From positions 1,957 to 65,956 of the forward strand of contig CAYWZD010000001.1 in NCBI GenBank assembly GCA_964462755.1: DNA of 64,000 nt, in the 5' to 3' direction. A program made the position numbers and the translations under genes. This document shows positions 46,070 through 54,025 of this stretch, piece after piece (within the stretch, counting starts at the first letter, position 1; each line of letters starts with the position of its first letter). Source of the DNA: an uncultured Victivallales bacterium (GTDB taxonomy: Bacteria; Verrucomicrobiota; Lentisphaeria; Victivallales; UBA1829). Under the pieces are notes generated by a model that worked only from the letters and a program-made list of their open reading frames with translations, had not been told where the DNA came from and did not search any database.

Positions 46070-47203
46070 ATGAATATCGCTGCGACGAAAATCTACAGGA
46101 CCTTGCTGGGCAGAATCCGGGAAGGCGTCTATCCGCCCGGAAGCCGTCTGCCGTTCGAAAAGGAACTGGCCGCCTCATTCAAAACCAACCGGATGAACGC
46201 GAAACGGGCGGTTGAACGTCTGGCGGGGGAAGGACTGGCTGTCCGGATTCGCCGCAAGGGCTCCTTTGTAACATCATCCGGCGCCGTATCGGCTCAGGCG
46301 GAAGAATTGCTCTCCTTGAGTGAAAAGCGGGTCGTGTTTCTGTATTCGGAACATCCAACGAACATTCATTGGAACAAAGCCACGCTTCAGAGTTTCCGTG
46401 AATGCGCAGACAGCTTCGGGTATGACGTTCATTATGAGGCCGTGCCGATTGACCGGGGACGCGGCGCCCTTGCAGACATGATGCGTTCCATTGCCAGACT
46501 GCGTCCGGCGGGTCTTGTCATGTTTCTCGATAATTTTGAATATCTTTTCATGAGCGCGAATTCGGATCTCTTCGGACTTTTCACGTGTCCGGTAATATCC
46601 CTGAACCGCACGGGAGCCCCCATCTGCATCAAGGATATCATCACGATCGATCTGGACCATTACGGCGACGGAGTCCAGGCGGCGGAACTTCTGCTGGCGA
46701 ATCAGATTTCGGAAGTCATGTTTTACTATACAGAATCTTTTAAAGCACTTTCGTGGTTTCAGCAGCGCAGGGAAGGCATAGTAAAAACGCTGTCCTTTTC
46801 CGGAGTCAGAACGGAACTGTTTGAAGCAGGGCGTCACGATGCTTCCAGACTGAAGAATTTCGTGCTTAAAAACGGTCCCGGGAGCATGGTCGTCGCCATC
46901 AACAACGATCATGCCGAACAGATAGTCAAAATGCTTGCGCTTTCCAGTCTGGCCGCGGGAAAAGACTATCGATTGCTGGCTTTCGATGATTATCCGCCTT
47001 TTCACAAATACCGTCTGACCTCGTTCGGAATCGATACGGAACGTCTGGGGGTTCTTGCCGCCAAACTGATATGTTCCAATCGGCGGAATCGGGAAATGTC
47101 CGGAAATTGTTCCATCCGTGTGAAGTCGATTCTTTTCATCAGGGATTCCTTCCGTCCCGCCGTTCTCCCCGCGGATCTCCGGAATGGAATGGCAGACGCC
47201 TGA
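46070..47203 (+). CDS. GntR-HTH regulator with a LacI/PBP-like sugar-binding C-terminal domain (AraR-type architecture)
   Basis: MNIAATKIYRTLLGRIREGVYPPGSRLPFEKELAASFKTNRMNAKRAVERLAGEGLAVRIRRKGSFV followed by a ~300-aa PBP-like domain. The track ORF from 45950 starts at a TTG. ATG options are 46028 and 46070. Confidence 0.8.
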   Translation: MNIAATKIYRTLLGRIREGVYPPGSRLPFEKELAASFKTNRMNAKRAVERLAGEGLAVRIRRKGSFVTSSGAVSAQAEELLSLSEKRVVFLYSEHPTNIHWNKATLQSFRECADSFGYDVHYEAVPIDRGRGALADMMRSIARLRPAGLVMFLDNFEYLFMSANSDLFGLFTCPVISLNRTGAPICIKDIITIDLDHYGDGVQAAELLLANQISEVMFYYTESFKALSWFQQRREGIVKTLSFSGVRTELFEAGRHDASRLKNFVLKNGPGSMVVAINNDHAEQIVKMLALSSLAAGKDYRLLAFDDYPPFHKYRLTSFGIDTERLGVLAAKLICSNRRNREMSGNCSIRVKSILFIRDSFRPAVLPADLRNGMADA

Positions 47204-47276
47204 TTTCAGGAAAGACGGACAGGACCGTCGAAAATCTGCGCCGGATGGAAAAAACCTATATCTGTTGAGAAGGAAG

Positions 47277-47305
47277 AGATTATTCTGCCTGAAGCTGAAT
47301 AATCT
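47277..47305. terminator. AT-rich hairpin between convergent genes (candidate bidirectional terminator)
   Basis: AGATTATTC [tgcctgaagct] GAATAATCT forms 9 perfect base pairs. Flanks are T-rich on the plus strand and T/C-rich on the minus strand. Confidence 0.35.
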
Positions 47306-47311
47306 TTCTTC

Positions 47312-48535
47312 TTACTTAAGAGGAAAATTCAACCGTTTCAGGAGGTCTGCTTTCGTCAGAACTTTCCCTGCCCCATTCCGGAAAATGATCCGGAGATGAG
47401 GATCATTCACTTCTTTGCGGAAGACGAGTTCCTGTGCAAATTCTTTTTCAGGAGCAAGTGTTCCCGGTGTAAAATGTATTTTTTCCACAGGATTACCGTT
47501 GTCCAGCAGTTCAGCCTCTGCGGTTACGTTCTTCAGAATGGTGATTCCGCCGATAGAGAGAATCGCCTTTTTCTTTCCGGACCATTCACAGGAAATGACC
47601 GCATTTTTGTCCAGATAGTCCACGGGATGTGTCCATTCCCGGACTAGAAGTGTCTGATGATGAAATCGCTTCGTTCCCTGCGGGAGTTCCCGTCCCCCGT
47701 AGACCGTTTCGAGACTCAGGTCTCCTGCCTTGTTCAGCCCGATATAGTTGTAAAAAAGACCGTCTGGCGAAAGTTCTTCCAGCGGCGTAATAGAGCCGAG
47801 AAGAAGTCCGTTCACAGCATAAGCCCGCCACGGTTGAGCGGGCAGAAACATATCGCTCATGCTCTCCGGCATGACAACCGCCATTCGGCTCACAATACAG
47901 TCATAAGGGACCTGCTGCATCAGTGTCCCGGAACGCTGATGCTTTTCCTCAGGCTTCCGGGTGGGCAGATAAAGCCGGACTTTATTGTGGTCGCCTGTCC
48001 GGTCCGGATCGATCATGATATGAGACCAGTAGGAAACCGTATTCTTTTTGATATCCTTCTGAGGGACCCCCGTCAAAATCGTTTCAATTTCCATAGCGGC
48101 AGAACCAGTCCGGAGGGTCATTACCCTTTCAAGAAGTCCGGCCCCTTTCCGGCAGCGGACCGAAAGGGAACACTCTTCCGGACTTTTTTTCAAAATCCTG
48201 ACCTGATACACCACATACTGTTTAATGGAGCCTTCTTCCCAGATCCAGTCTTCATACCCGGCAAAGTTGCTTCTGGAAACAACGAAAACCCCTTCTGTCA
48301 GTTCCAGCGCCTTATACTCCAGCGCCGGAAAGCAGTGCCGCTCCCCCTTTTTCAGCATGAACTCGGCAATGCGTCCGCTGGAGGACGGCGTTATGACCGC
48401 ACGGATGTATTCATTTTCCAGGACAAATACCTCTCGTCCGGAGTCATCTTCTTTTGTATCCAGCGTACATTGCGCCCGGAGAGGCAGAGCAATCCCGCAG
48501 CAGACGGCAAAAAGGAACAGACAGAATTTTTTCAT
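47312..48535 (-). CDS. secreted hypothetical protein (407 aa), mutarotase-like beta-sandwich by eye
   Basis: Signal peptide MKKFCLFLFAVCCGIALPLRA from the ATG at 48535, 1 nt after the upstream stop. The segment VFVLENEYIRAVITPSSSGRIAEFMLK recalls the aldose-epimerase-like fold. Confidence 0.75.
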   Translation of the reverse strand: MKKFCLFLFAVCCGIALPLRAQCTLDTKEDDSGREVFVLENEYIRAVITPSSSGRIAEFMLKKGERHCFPALEYKALELTEGVFVVSRSNFAGYEDWIWEEGSIKQYVVYQVRILKKSPEECSLSVRCRKGAGLLERVMTLRTGSAAMEIETILTGVPQKDIKKNTVSYWSHIMIDPDRTGDHNKVRLYLPTRKPEEKHQRSGTLMQQVPYDCIVSRMAVVMPESMSDMFLPAQPWRAYAVNGLLLGSITPLEELSPDGLFYNYIGLNKAGDLSLETVYGGRELPQGTKRFHHQTLLVREWTHPVDYLDKNAVISCEWSGKKKAILSIGGITILKNVTAEAELLDNGNPVEKIHFTPGTLAPEKEFAQELVFRKEVNDPHLRIIFRNGAGKVLTKADLLKRLNFPLK

Positions 48536-48536
48536 T

Positions 48537-49355
48537 TTATTTTCCTGGAATAAAATCAGTTTTGCAGCGGACGTTATCAGAAATCCGCAATTCGTCAATC
48601 AGACAGGGCAGCGCATAGTTCCCGGCGCCGTAACTGCCGCCGATGAAGAGCCGGTTGGCTGGTTCTTTCAGAATGCCGTCGAAACGGGTATTCTGGGAAT
48701 TCACCAGTTTCCCGTCCACAAAGAGTTGGATTTGTTTCTTGTTCCAGGTCAAAGCGACATGATGCCACTCTTTTTCAGTCCATGACTCAATGGGGCATTT
48801 GCCCCGGACCGCCCGAATACTATTTTTGTTCCAGTCGGAGCCCTTGAATTCCCGGGGAGTGTCTTTGTCATTGATTTCGAATTCCAGATACCATTTCGTT
48901 TTAATGGTTGACCAGTGGTTATACACCAGACGAAGGGTCGCCCATTCCGCTATCTGTCCAAAGTTATCGCCTCGTGCCAGAAGAAAGAGAACGGTAAAAA
49001 GTTCAGCCTTGGGCATTTGGTTTTTTCTTGCTTCTCCCAGTTTGACCCACATTTCCACCGTGCCGGTCTTTGCATTGTAATTCCCTTTGGGCTGAGCCTG
49101 CAGGAACTTGTACGGGCCGTTTATTTCGGAGGGGCTGACGCATTCCGCATTGCGAACGATCAAGGCTTCTCCGGCCTTTCCTCCCTTGTTTTCCGTTATG
49201 GCGGCATGTCCTTTCAGAGAGGTGCCCCCAGCGGCGCTGTCCGCTTCCAGTTTCTGGTCGAAAGAACAGTAGAAAAGGGTGTGTTCATCGATCCCATCCG
49301 CGCAGACTTCAAGTCCCGCACAGAAGGCGCACATGGTCAAAAATTTTTTAATCAT
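48537..49355 (-). CDS. secreted LamG/concanavalin-like domain protein (272 aa)
   Basis: Signal peptide MIKKFLTMCAFCAGLEVCA. LamG hallmarks GTVEMWVKL...EWHHVALTWNKKQIQLFVDGKLV...LFIGG...LIDELRISD. Confidence 0.8.
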   Translation of the reverse strand: MIKKFLTMCAFCAGLEVCADGIDEHTLFYCSFDQKLEADSAAGGTSLKGHAAITENKGGKAGEALIVRNAECVSPSEINGPYKFLQAQPKGNYNAKTGTVEMWVKLGEARKNQMPKAELFTVLFLLARGDNFGQIAEWATLRLVYNHWSTIKTKWYLEFEINDKDTPREFKGSDWNKNSIRAVRGKCPIESWTEKEWHHVALTWNKKQIQLFVDGKLVNSQNTRFDGILKEPANRLFIGGSYGAGNYALPCLIDELRISDNVRCKTDFIPGK

Positions 49356-49390
49356 TTTCAGTTTCCTCCCGGTTGATTTTTTTGAATTCA

Positions 49391-52087
49391 TCACATTCCG
49401 GGCCAATTGGCCCCTTTGCCTATTCCGCCTTTCGTCCGCATTTCCTGTGTGGCCGGGTCCCGGGCATAGGCAGATCCGGGATCAGCGAATTTGCCGAAGT
49501 AGAAATACTTCCGGTCCAGAAGACGCATCACTTTGAAGGTAAGTTCAAACCGATCTTTTGCCGTGGGGCCTGAGATCAGCAGAGACTTGTCCGGAGAAAG
49601 CGTAACCCCCGGATTCCCGGTAATAAAACGGATGGCTCCGGGGACCGGATTTGTCCCCGGCATGATCTGCGGAGCCCCCATTGTCCCGCCTGTGACTTTA
49701 TCATAAAATTTGAAATACTCCGCCAGATGCTTTGCCGCGTACCGGTCATATTTATCAGCGTTGGTGGGAAGGTAGATGAGCGCTTTCCCGAATGGGAAAT
49801 CCAACAGTTCCTTTACGCTTAACCGATAGATCGAGGACTTCCAGATAAATTCCAGTTTTCCGGAAGAGGCAGACTGAAGAGTCCAATGGTCCGTGCCTTC
49901 AGCCACCGTTTTTCCGTTGAAGCGGATCTCCACACCTTCACATGCTTCCGGAAGGCGGAAGGTGATTTTTCCGGAAACCGGTTTCCCAGCAGTAAATTCC
50001 ACCGTGGAGGTTCCCCCGGTAAAATCCGCTTTAAAGAAGGCTTTCGCACGGACATCTTTCACGCCGGCGGGGAAGGCCATCACCGGACGGAACAGGAAAA
50101 TCTCCTTGCTGGACATTCTTTTTTCCAGCTTTGTAAAACGTTCGTTCAATGTATTATCCAGCGCTTTCCCATCCATGCAGGCAAAGGCATAGTCGTCATT
50201 TCCAAGATACTTGCAGTCCACCGTCGCAACCGCTTCTTTCGCCTTCAGGGACTGATTGCCGATGAAGAAGCAGGTGTTCAGGCCTTTGCCGTATCGGCTG
50301 AACCAGAGTTTTCCGGATACACGGATCGCCGGAATTGTCTGATATCCCTGATTGATAACCTCCTGTGCAATGGGCAGATACCGAACAATCTTTTCACAGC
50401 CCCATGCGCCGTTGGGATATGGGTAATAGGCATAGCGGAACATGAAAAGAATGACATTGTCCCGGAGGGCATTGTAGACTTCACGAATCTTTTCCGGTGA
50501 ATAATCACGCCATGGCATGACGGTTCCGTATTTTTCCGCATCGAAGTCATTACAGTAGTTGAACGGCTTGTTTCCGCACATGAATCGCATCACCTCCTGA
50601 TCCCCCGGAGAAGTGAAGGCATCGGAGAAGGAGCCGTCGTTGTTGAGTGCGTCAGAACGGATGGAGGTATAGTAAAGGCTCTTGCCGCCGCCCGCCATAT
50701 TGCCTACCGTCCCAAGAATATAGGGTCCTTTCCGGAGGGAGTGGACCACATCCATCCACATAGCGGTTGCTACTGCCTCCCTGACAAAGACCCCCTCTTT
50801 GTCCCAGGCGCGTCCCGGAGATGTCTGGACCCCCGGCTGTTTCCGGGCAATCCCCGGCGCAGCGGAACAGTCAAACGCAAACCCTCGAACATCAAGATTA
50901 TCATTGATCTGCTTTATCGCCTTGACTGTATCCTCGCCAAACTTGTTATTCCAACCCCAGATCCGGCACTCTACACTTTTCCCGAAGACCCATGGCGTGA
51001 TCCGGTTACTTGTGTTTTTATCCGTAATCCAGCAGTCCGGATAGGAATGTTTCATCAATTTTTCATCGCAGAAGGTAATGATGTAGTAAAAGAATGCCTG
51101 ATTGTATTCTTCGTGCATGTCAATAGCCTTTTTCCGGCGAGCGATGAATTCGTCATAGTCGGGGATTTCCAGAGTGTTTGTATGAAGATTCTTGTCTTCG
51201 GTCACTTCCCGCCGTCCATACCAATCTCCGGTGGCATGGAATGGCGCATATCCCCAGACCCAAGAACCGCTCTGACGTCGTACATATTCCCGAACAATAT
51301 CGCCACGGTTCCAAAGTTTTTCATAGTAGATCCGATCTCCGCTCAAAGATCCCTTGGTGAGGCGGGGGTCCACCTTCGGATTGATTGCATAGTTTCCGTC
51401 GGAAGCATCCTGAAATTCCGCAACGGCATTGCGATAGCCATAATCCGGTACAAAATCAAAGGCAAGGAACTCGACTTTCTCACTCTTCTTCGGGTCCACC
51501 ACAAGTTTGACGCCATAGTAGACTCTGCGGGACCCGCCATTGACCTGGACTCCATTTTCTATATGGTTGAAAATCTGCATCGGTTCAATTCCAATGGCAA
51601 AGCCTTGCTTTTCTGTATATACACACCCCATTGGGAAAGAGTTGTAAAGTTCACTATTCTCTGAATTACGGGATACCTTTTCCAGAAGCTGACGGCCATT
51701 CCAATACCGGAACCCCGTTTCAGGAAGTCCCATATTTTGACGGACCAACAGAAAAAGCTGATCGTCGGAAAGGTTTTTCACCGTGACGATATTCCGCAGA
51801 ATTTTACCGGTATTACACCATGAACTTGTGATCTCCATGGCAGGGGAAACGGTTTTATATCGGAGAATTGTATTTCCATTCATCCGGCTGATTTCCGGTT
51901 TTCCAAGCGTAACGATGGCATTTCCGGCCTTGCCATTCATGATCTCCAACGGAATCATGGTTGGAAAAGCCGTTTTTCCCGAAGTCTGATAAAGAACTTT
52001 TCCGTCCGGCTGGAAGATCGCCTCAAGGGCCATCAGTCCGGTGGCGGTCAGCATCATTGCCGCTGCTGTCAATAGTTTTTGTTTCAT
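49391..52087 (-). CDS. giant secreted protein (898 aa) of unknown function
   Basis: Signal peptide MKQKLLTAAAMMLTATGLMA from the ATG at 52087. No motif I recognise. It is flanked on both sides by LamG genes. Confidence 0.85.
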   Translation of the reverse strand: MKQKLLTAAAMMLTATGLMALEAIFQPDGKVLYQTSGKTAFPTMIPLEIMNGKAGNAIVTLGKPEISRMNGNTILRYKTVSPAMEITSSWCNTGKILRNIVTVKNLSDDQLFLLVRQNMGLPETGFRYWNGRQLLEKVSRNSENSELYNSFPMGCVYTEKQGFAIGIEPMQIFNHIENGVQVNGGSRRVYYGVKLVVDPKKSEKVEFLAFDFVPDYGYRNAVAEFQDASDGNYAINPKVDPRLTKGSLSGDRIYYEKLWNRGDIVREYVRRQSGSWVWGYAPFHATGDWYGRREVTEDKNLHTNTLEIPDYDEFIARRKKAIDMHEEYNQAFFYYIITFCDEKLMKHSYPDCWITDKNTSNRITPWVFGKSVECRIWGWNNKFGEDTVKAIKQINDNLDVRGFAFDCSAAPGIARKQPGVQTSPGRAWDKEGVFVREAVATAMWMDVVHSLRKGPYILGTVGNMAGGGKSLYYTSIRSDALNNDGSFSDAFTSPGDQEVMRFMCGNKPFNYCNDFDAEKYGTVMPWRDYSPEKIREVYNALRDNVILFMFRYAYYPYPNGAWGCEKIVRYLPIAQEVINQGYQTIPAIRVSGKLWFSRYGKGLNTCFFIGNQSLKAKEAVATVDCKYLGNDDYAFACMDGKALDNTLNERFTKLEKRMSSKEIFLFRPVMAFPAGVKDVRAKAFFKADFTGGTSTVEFTAGKPVSGKITFRLPEACEGVEIRFNGKTVAEGTDHWTLQSASSGKLEFIWKSSIYRLSVKELLDFPFGKALIYLPTNADKYDRYAAKHLAEYFKFYDKVTGGTMGAPQIMPGTNPVPGAIRFITGNPGVTLSPDKSLLISGPTAKDRFELTFKVMRLLDRKYFYFGKFADPGSAYARDPATQEMRTKGGIGKGANWPGM

Positions 52088-52106
52088 GTTTTTCTCCTGA
52101 TGTATG

Positions 52107-52925
52107 TTATTGAAGAAGTGAATCAGCAACGTTGTCTGTGTCAAGAATTTGAAAATCGTCCAGAACGCAGCGGAATAGCGGTTGTTGACGGCGCATGACA
52201 CCGCCTACCGCAAGCTGGCGCGCTCCCGGAACCAGCGAGGGATCATTCAAAGGACAGGTCCCTCTGGCGGCAAGTTTGCCATCCAGGTAGAGACAACGGT
52301 CTTTGCCGCCGTTTGTCCAGGAAACCGCCGCATGATGCCATTCTCCGTCTTTCCAGCGGACGGGAGCAGAAATCATATATTTTTCATGGTCGGGAGAAAC
52401 AAAACCGCCGAGATCATATTTGACTCTGCCCCGGTATTCGGCAAACAAAAATTTCAAAACTCCTTTTTTCCGCTCCAGTGCAAGGAATGCATAAGCATTG
52501 CATCCTTCCAGAGCCCACTCAGCACCGGGAAGGACCACCCAGTCAGTCACTCCGGCGAAGGGCAGCAGGAAATCCCGTCCATCCTCCGGAATGCCGCACA
52601 ATTTAACATAAAATCCAATTCGCCCTTTTTGCGAGAAGAAGTTCCCTTGGGTCTTGAAAAGAAGAGGAGAATAGAGAACCTGACTGCCGTTTTCCGTTTC
52701 CGTCATGCCGGGGGTCATATTGAGACCCGGTGTTCCGTTACGCCCGTCCTTTCCTTCAGTCATCCCGGCGGTGATGAGAGTCTCCCCGCTGCCGTCCCGG
52801 GATTCCGCGCAAACCGTTTCATTGAAATCCGCCCTGAGCAAGACGTGTTTTTCTGTATCCGAAGCAGACAGTTCAGAAAGAATCGCCAGCAGCAATAGGG
52901 ATGTCAGCAATTTTTCGATACGCAT
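52107..52925 (-). CDS. secreted LamG/concanavalin-like domain protein (272 aa), a divergent paralogue of 48537..49355
   Basis: Signal peptide MRIEKLLTSLLLLAILSELSA. LamG hallmarks GRIGFYVKL...EWHHAAVSWTNGGKDRCLYLDGKLA...LAVGG...VLDDFQILD. It has the same length (819 nt) as the other LamG gene. Confidence 0.8.
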   Translation of the reverse strand: MRIEKLLTSLLLLAILSELSASDTEKHVLLRADFNETVCAESRDGSGETLITAGMTEGKDGRNGTPGLNMTPGMTETENGSQVLYSPLLFKTQGNFFSQKGRIGFYVKLCGIPEDGRDFLLPFAGVTDWVVLPGAEWALEGCNAYAFLALERKKGVLKFLFAEYRGRVKYDLGGFVSPDHEKYMISAPVRWKDGEWHHAAVSWTNGGKDRCLYLDGKLAARGTCPLNDPSLVPGARQLAVGGVMRRQQPLFRCVLDDFQILDTDNVADSLLQ

Positions 52926-52967
52926 AGAACTTATCTCCTCCTTTTAAAGAAATTGAAGAAGTATCTT

Positions 52968-53729
52968 TTATTGTTTGTAGAAGAAGCAGACATTGTAAAA
53001 ACCTACATCATCAACTGTATTTTTATAAGTTGCGCTGAGTTCTGCTCCGCTCATCGGTTGGACGTGTCCGTCGATCATCAACAGATGCGCCCGTTTAGAA
53101 TGGGCAAGCAAAGAACCCGGGTAGTTTCCAAAGGAACCTCCGTTCAGCGGAGAAAGGCGGGCAAGGTCTTTGTCCAGTTCGATACAATGCGCTTGTATTG
53201 CTTTGCTTCCACTCCAGGAATCAGAAATCCACCCGAAGGAGGAGGGACGAGTGATCGCCCTCACCAAAATACCGTACCGGTTGCCCGAATACATCTGATA
53301 ATTAACCGTCTGAACTTTCACATTGCTGATCCCGTACCATGAGAACATTCCGTAAGAAGCCAGTTGAAGATTTGTGGTTCCTTTATTCTCAATATCCGGA
53401 CAGGTGAGCTGAGATTTCTGGAGTTTTGCCCAGATCGCTGATCCACTGCCGTAGCCCCACTTACCGGTCTTGCTCAAGTATCCCGTTTCAAAGAGACCAT
53501 GGGCCCAGGAGCTTGCGGCATAGAAACCGCGGTCGGGGACGGAATAGCCGTTATTTTCATCCGCATAGTTATTGAGGGCGAGAAAGACCTGTTTCTGCCG
53601 TCCGATGCAATCAGCGGCTTTTGCCTTGTTTCTGGCATTGTTCAGTGCGGGCAGGAGCAATCCAGCCAGAATCGCAATGATGGCGATGACAACCAGGAGC
53701 TCGATCAGTGAGAAAGTTTTTTTCTTCAT
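52968..53729 (-). CDS. prepilin-type N-terminal cleavage/methylation domain protein, H-X9-DG family
   Basis: [36 protein letters not shown] at the N-terminus. Canonical motif [13 protein letters not shown]. The track start at 53840 is an upstream extension. Confidence 0.9.
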   Translation of the reverse strand: MKKKTFSLIELLVVIAIIAILAGLLLPALNNARNKAKAADCIGRQKQVFLALNNYADENNGYSVPDRGFYAASSWAHGLFETGYLSKTGKWGYGSGSAIWAKLQKSQLTCPDIENKGTTNLQLASYGMFSWYGISNVKVQTVNYQMYSGNRYGILVRAITRPSSFGWISDSWSGSKAIQAHCIELDKDLARLSPLNGGSFGNYPGSLLAHSKRAHLLMIDGHVQPMSGAELSATYKNTVDDVGFYNVCFFYKQ

Positions 53730-53777
53730 CTTCCGTGTTTCCTTAATTAAAGTTTTCCTGTTTTTCAGATTTGTTTT

Positions 53778-53808
53778 TGAACAGTCTCCGCTGATCGGAG
53801 ACTGTTCA
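53778..53808. repeat. perfect 13-bp inverted repeat with a 5-nt loop (operator or U-less terminator)
   Basis: TGAACAGTCTCCG ctgat CGGAGACTGTTCA, read directly. It lies between the GH110-like gene end (54026) and the pseudopilin-like gene start (53729). Confidence 0.6.
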
Positions 53809-54025
53809 CGAATTTTGCGCCTGTTCCGGCATCGTTCCAAGAAAATAATTGCTTTTTTTCAGATGAAAAATCGTGGACAAAACGGACAATATTTCCGGTT
53901 CGCATACTGTTGTCCATTCTGCGTCATGTTCTTGCCATTCCGGCGCATTTTGTAGCATCTTTCTCAATTCCTCCAGCATTGCCACTGCCGTTCCTTTTGG
54001 TTTCTTTCTATATATCTTCGAAAAA

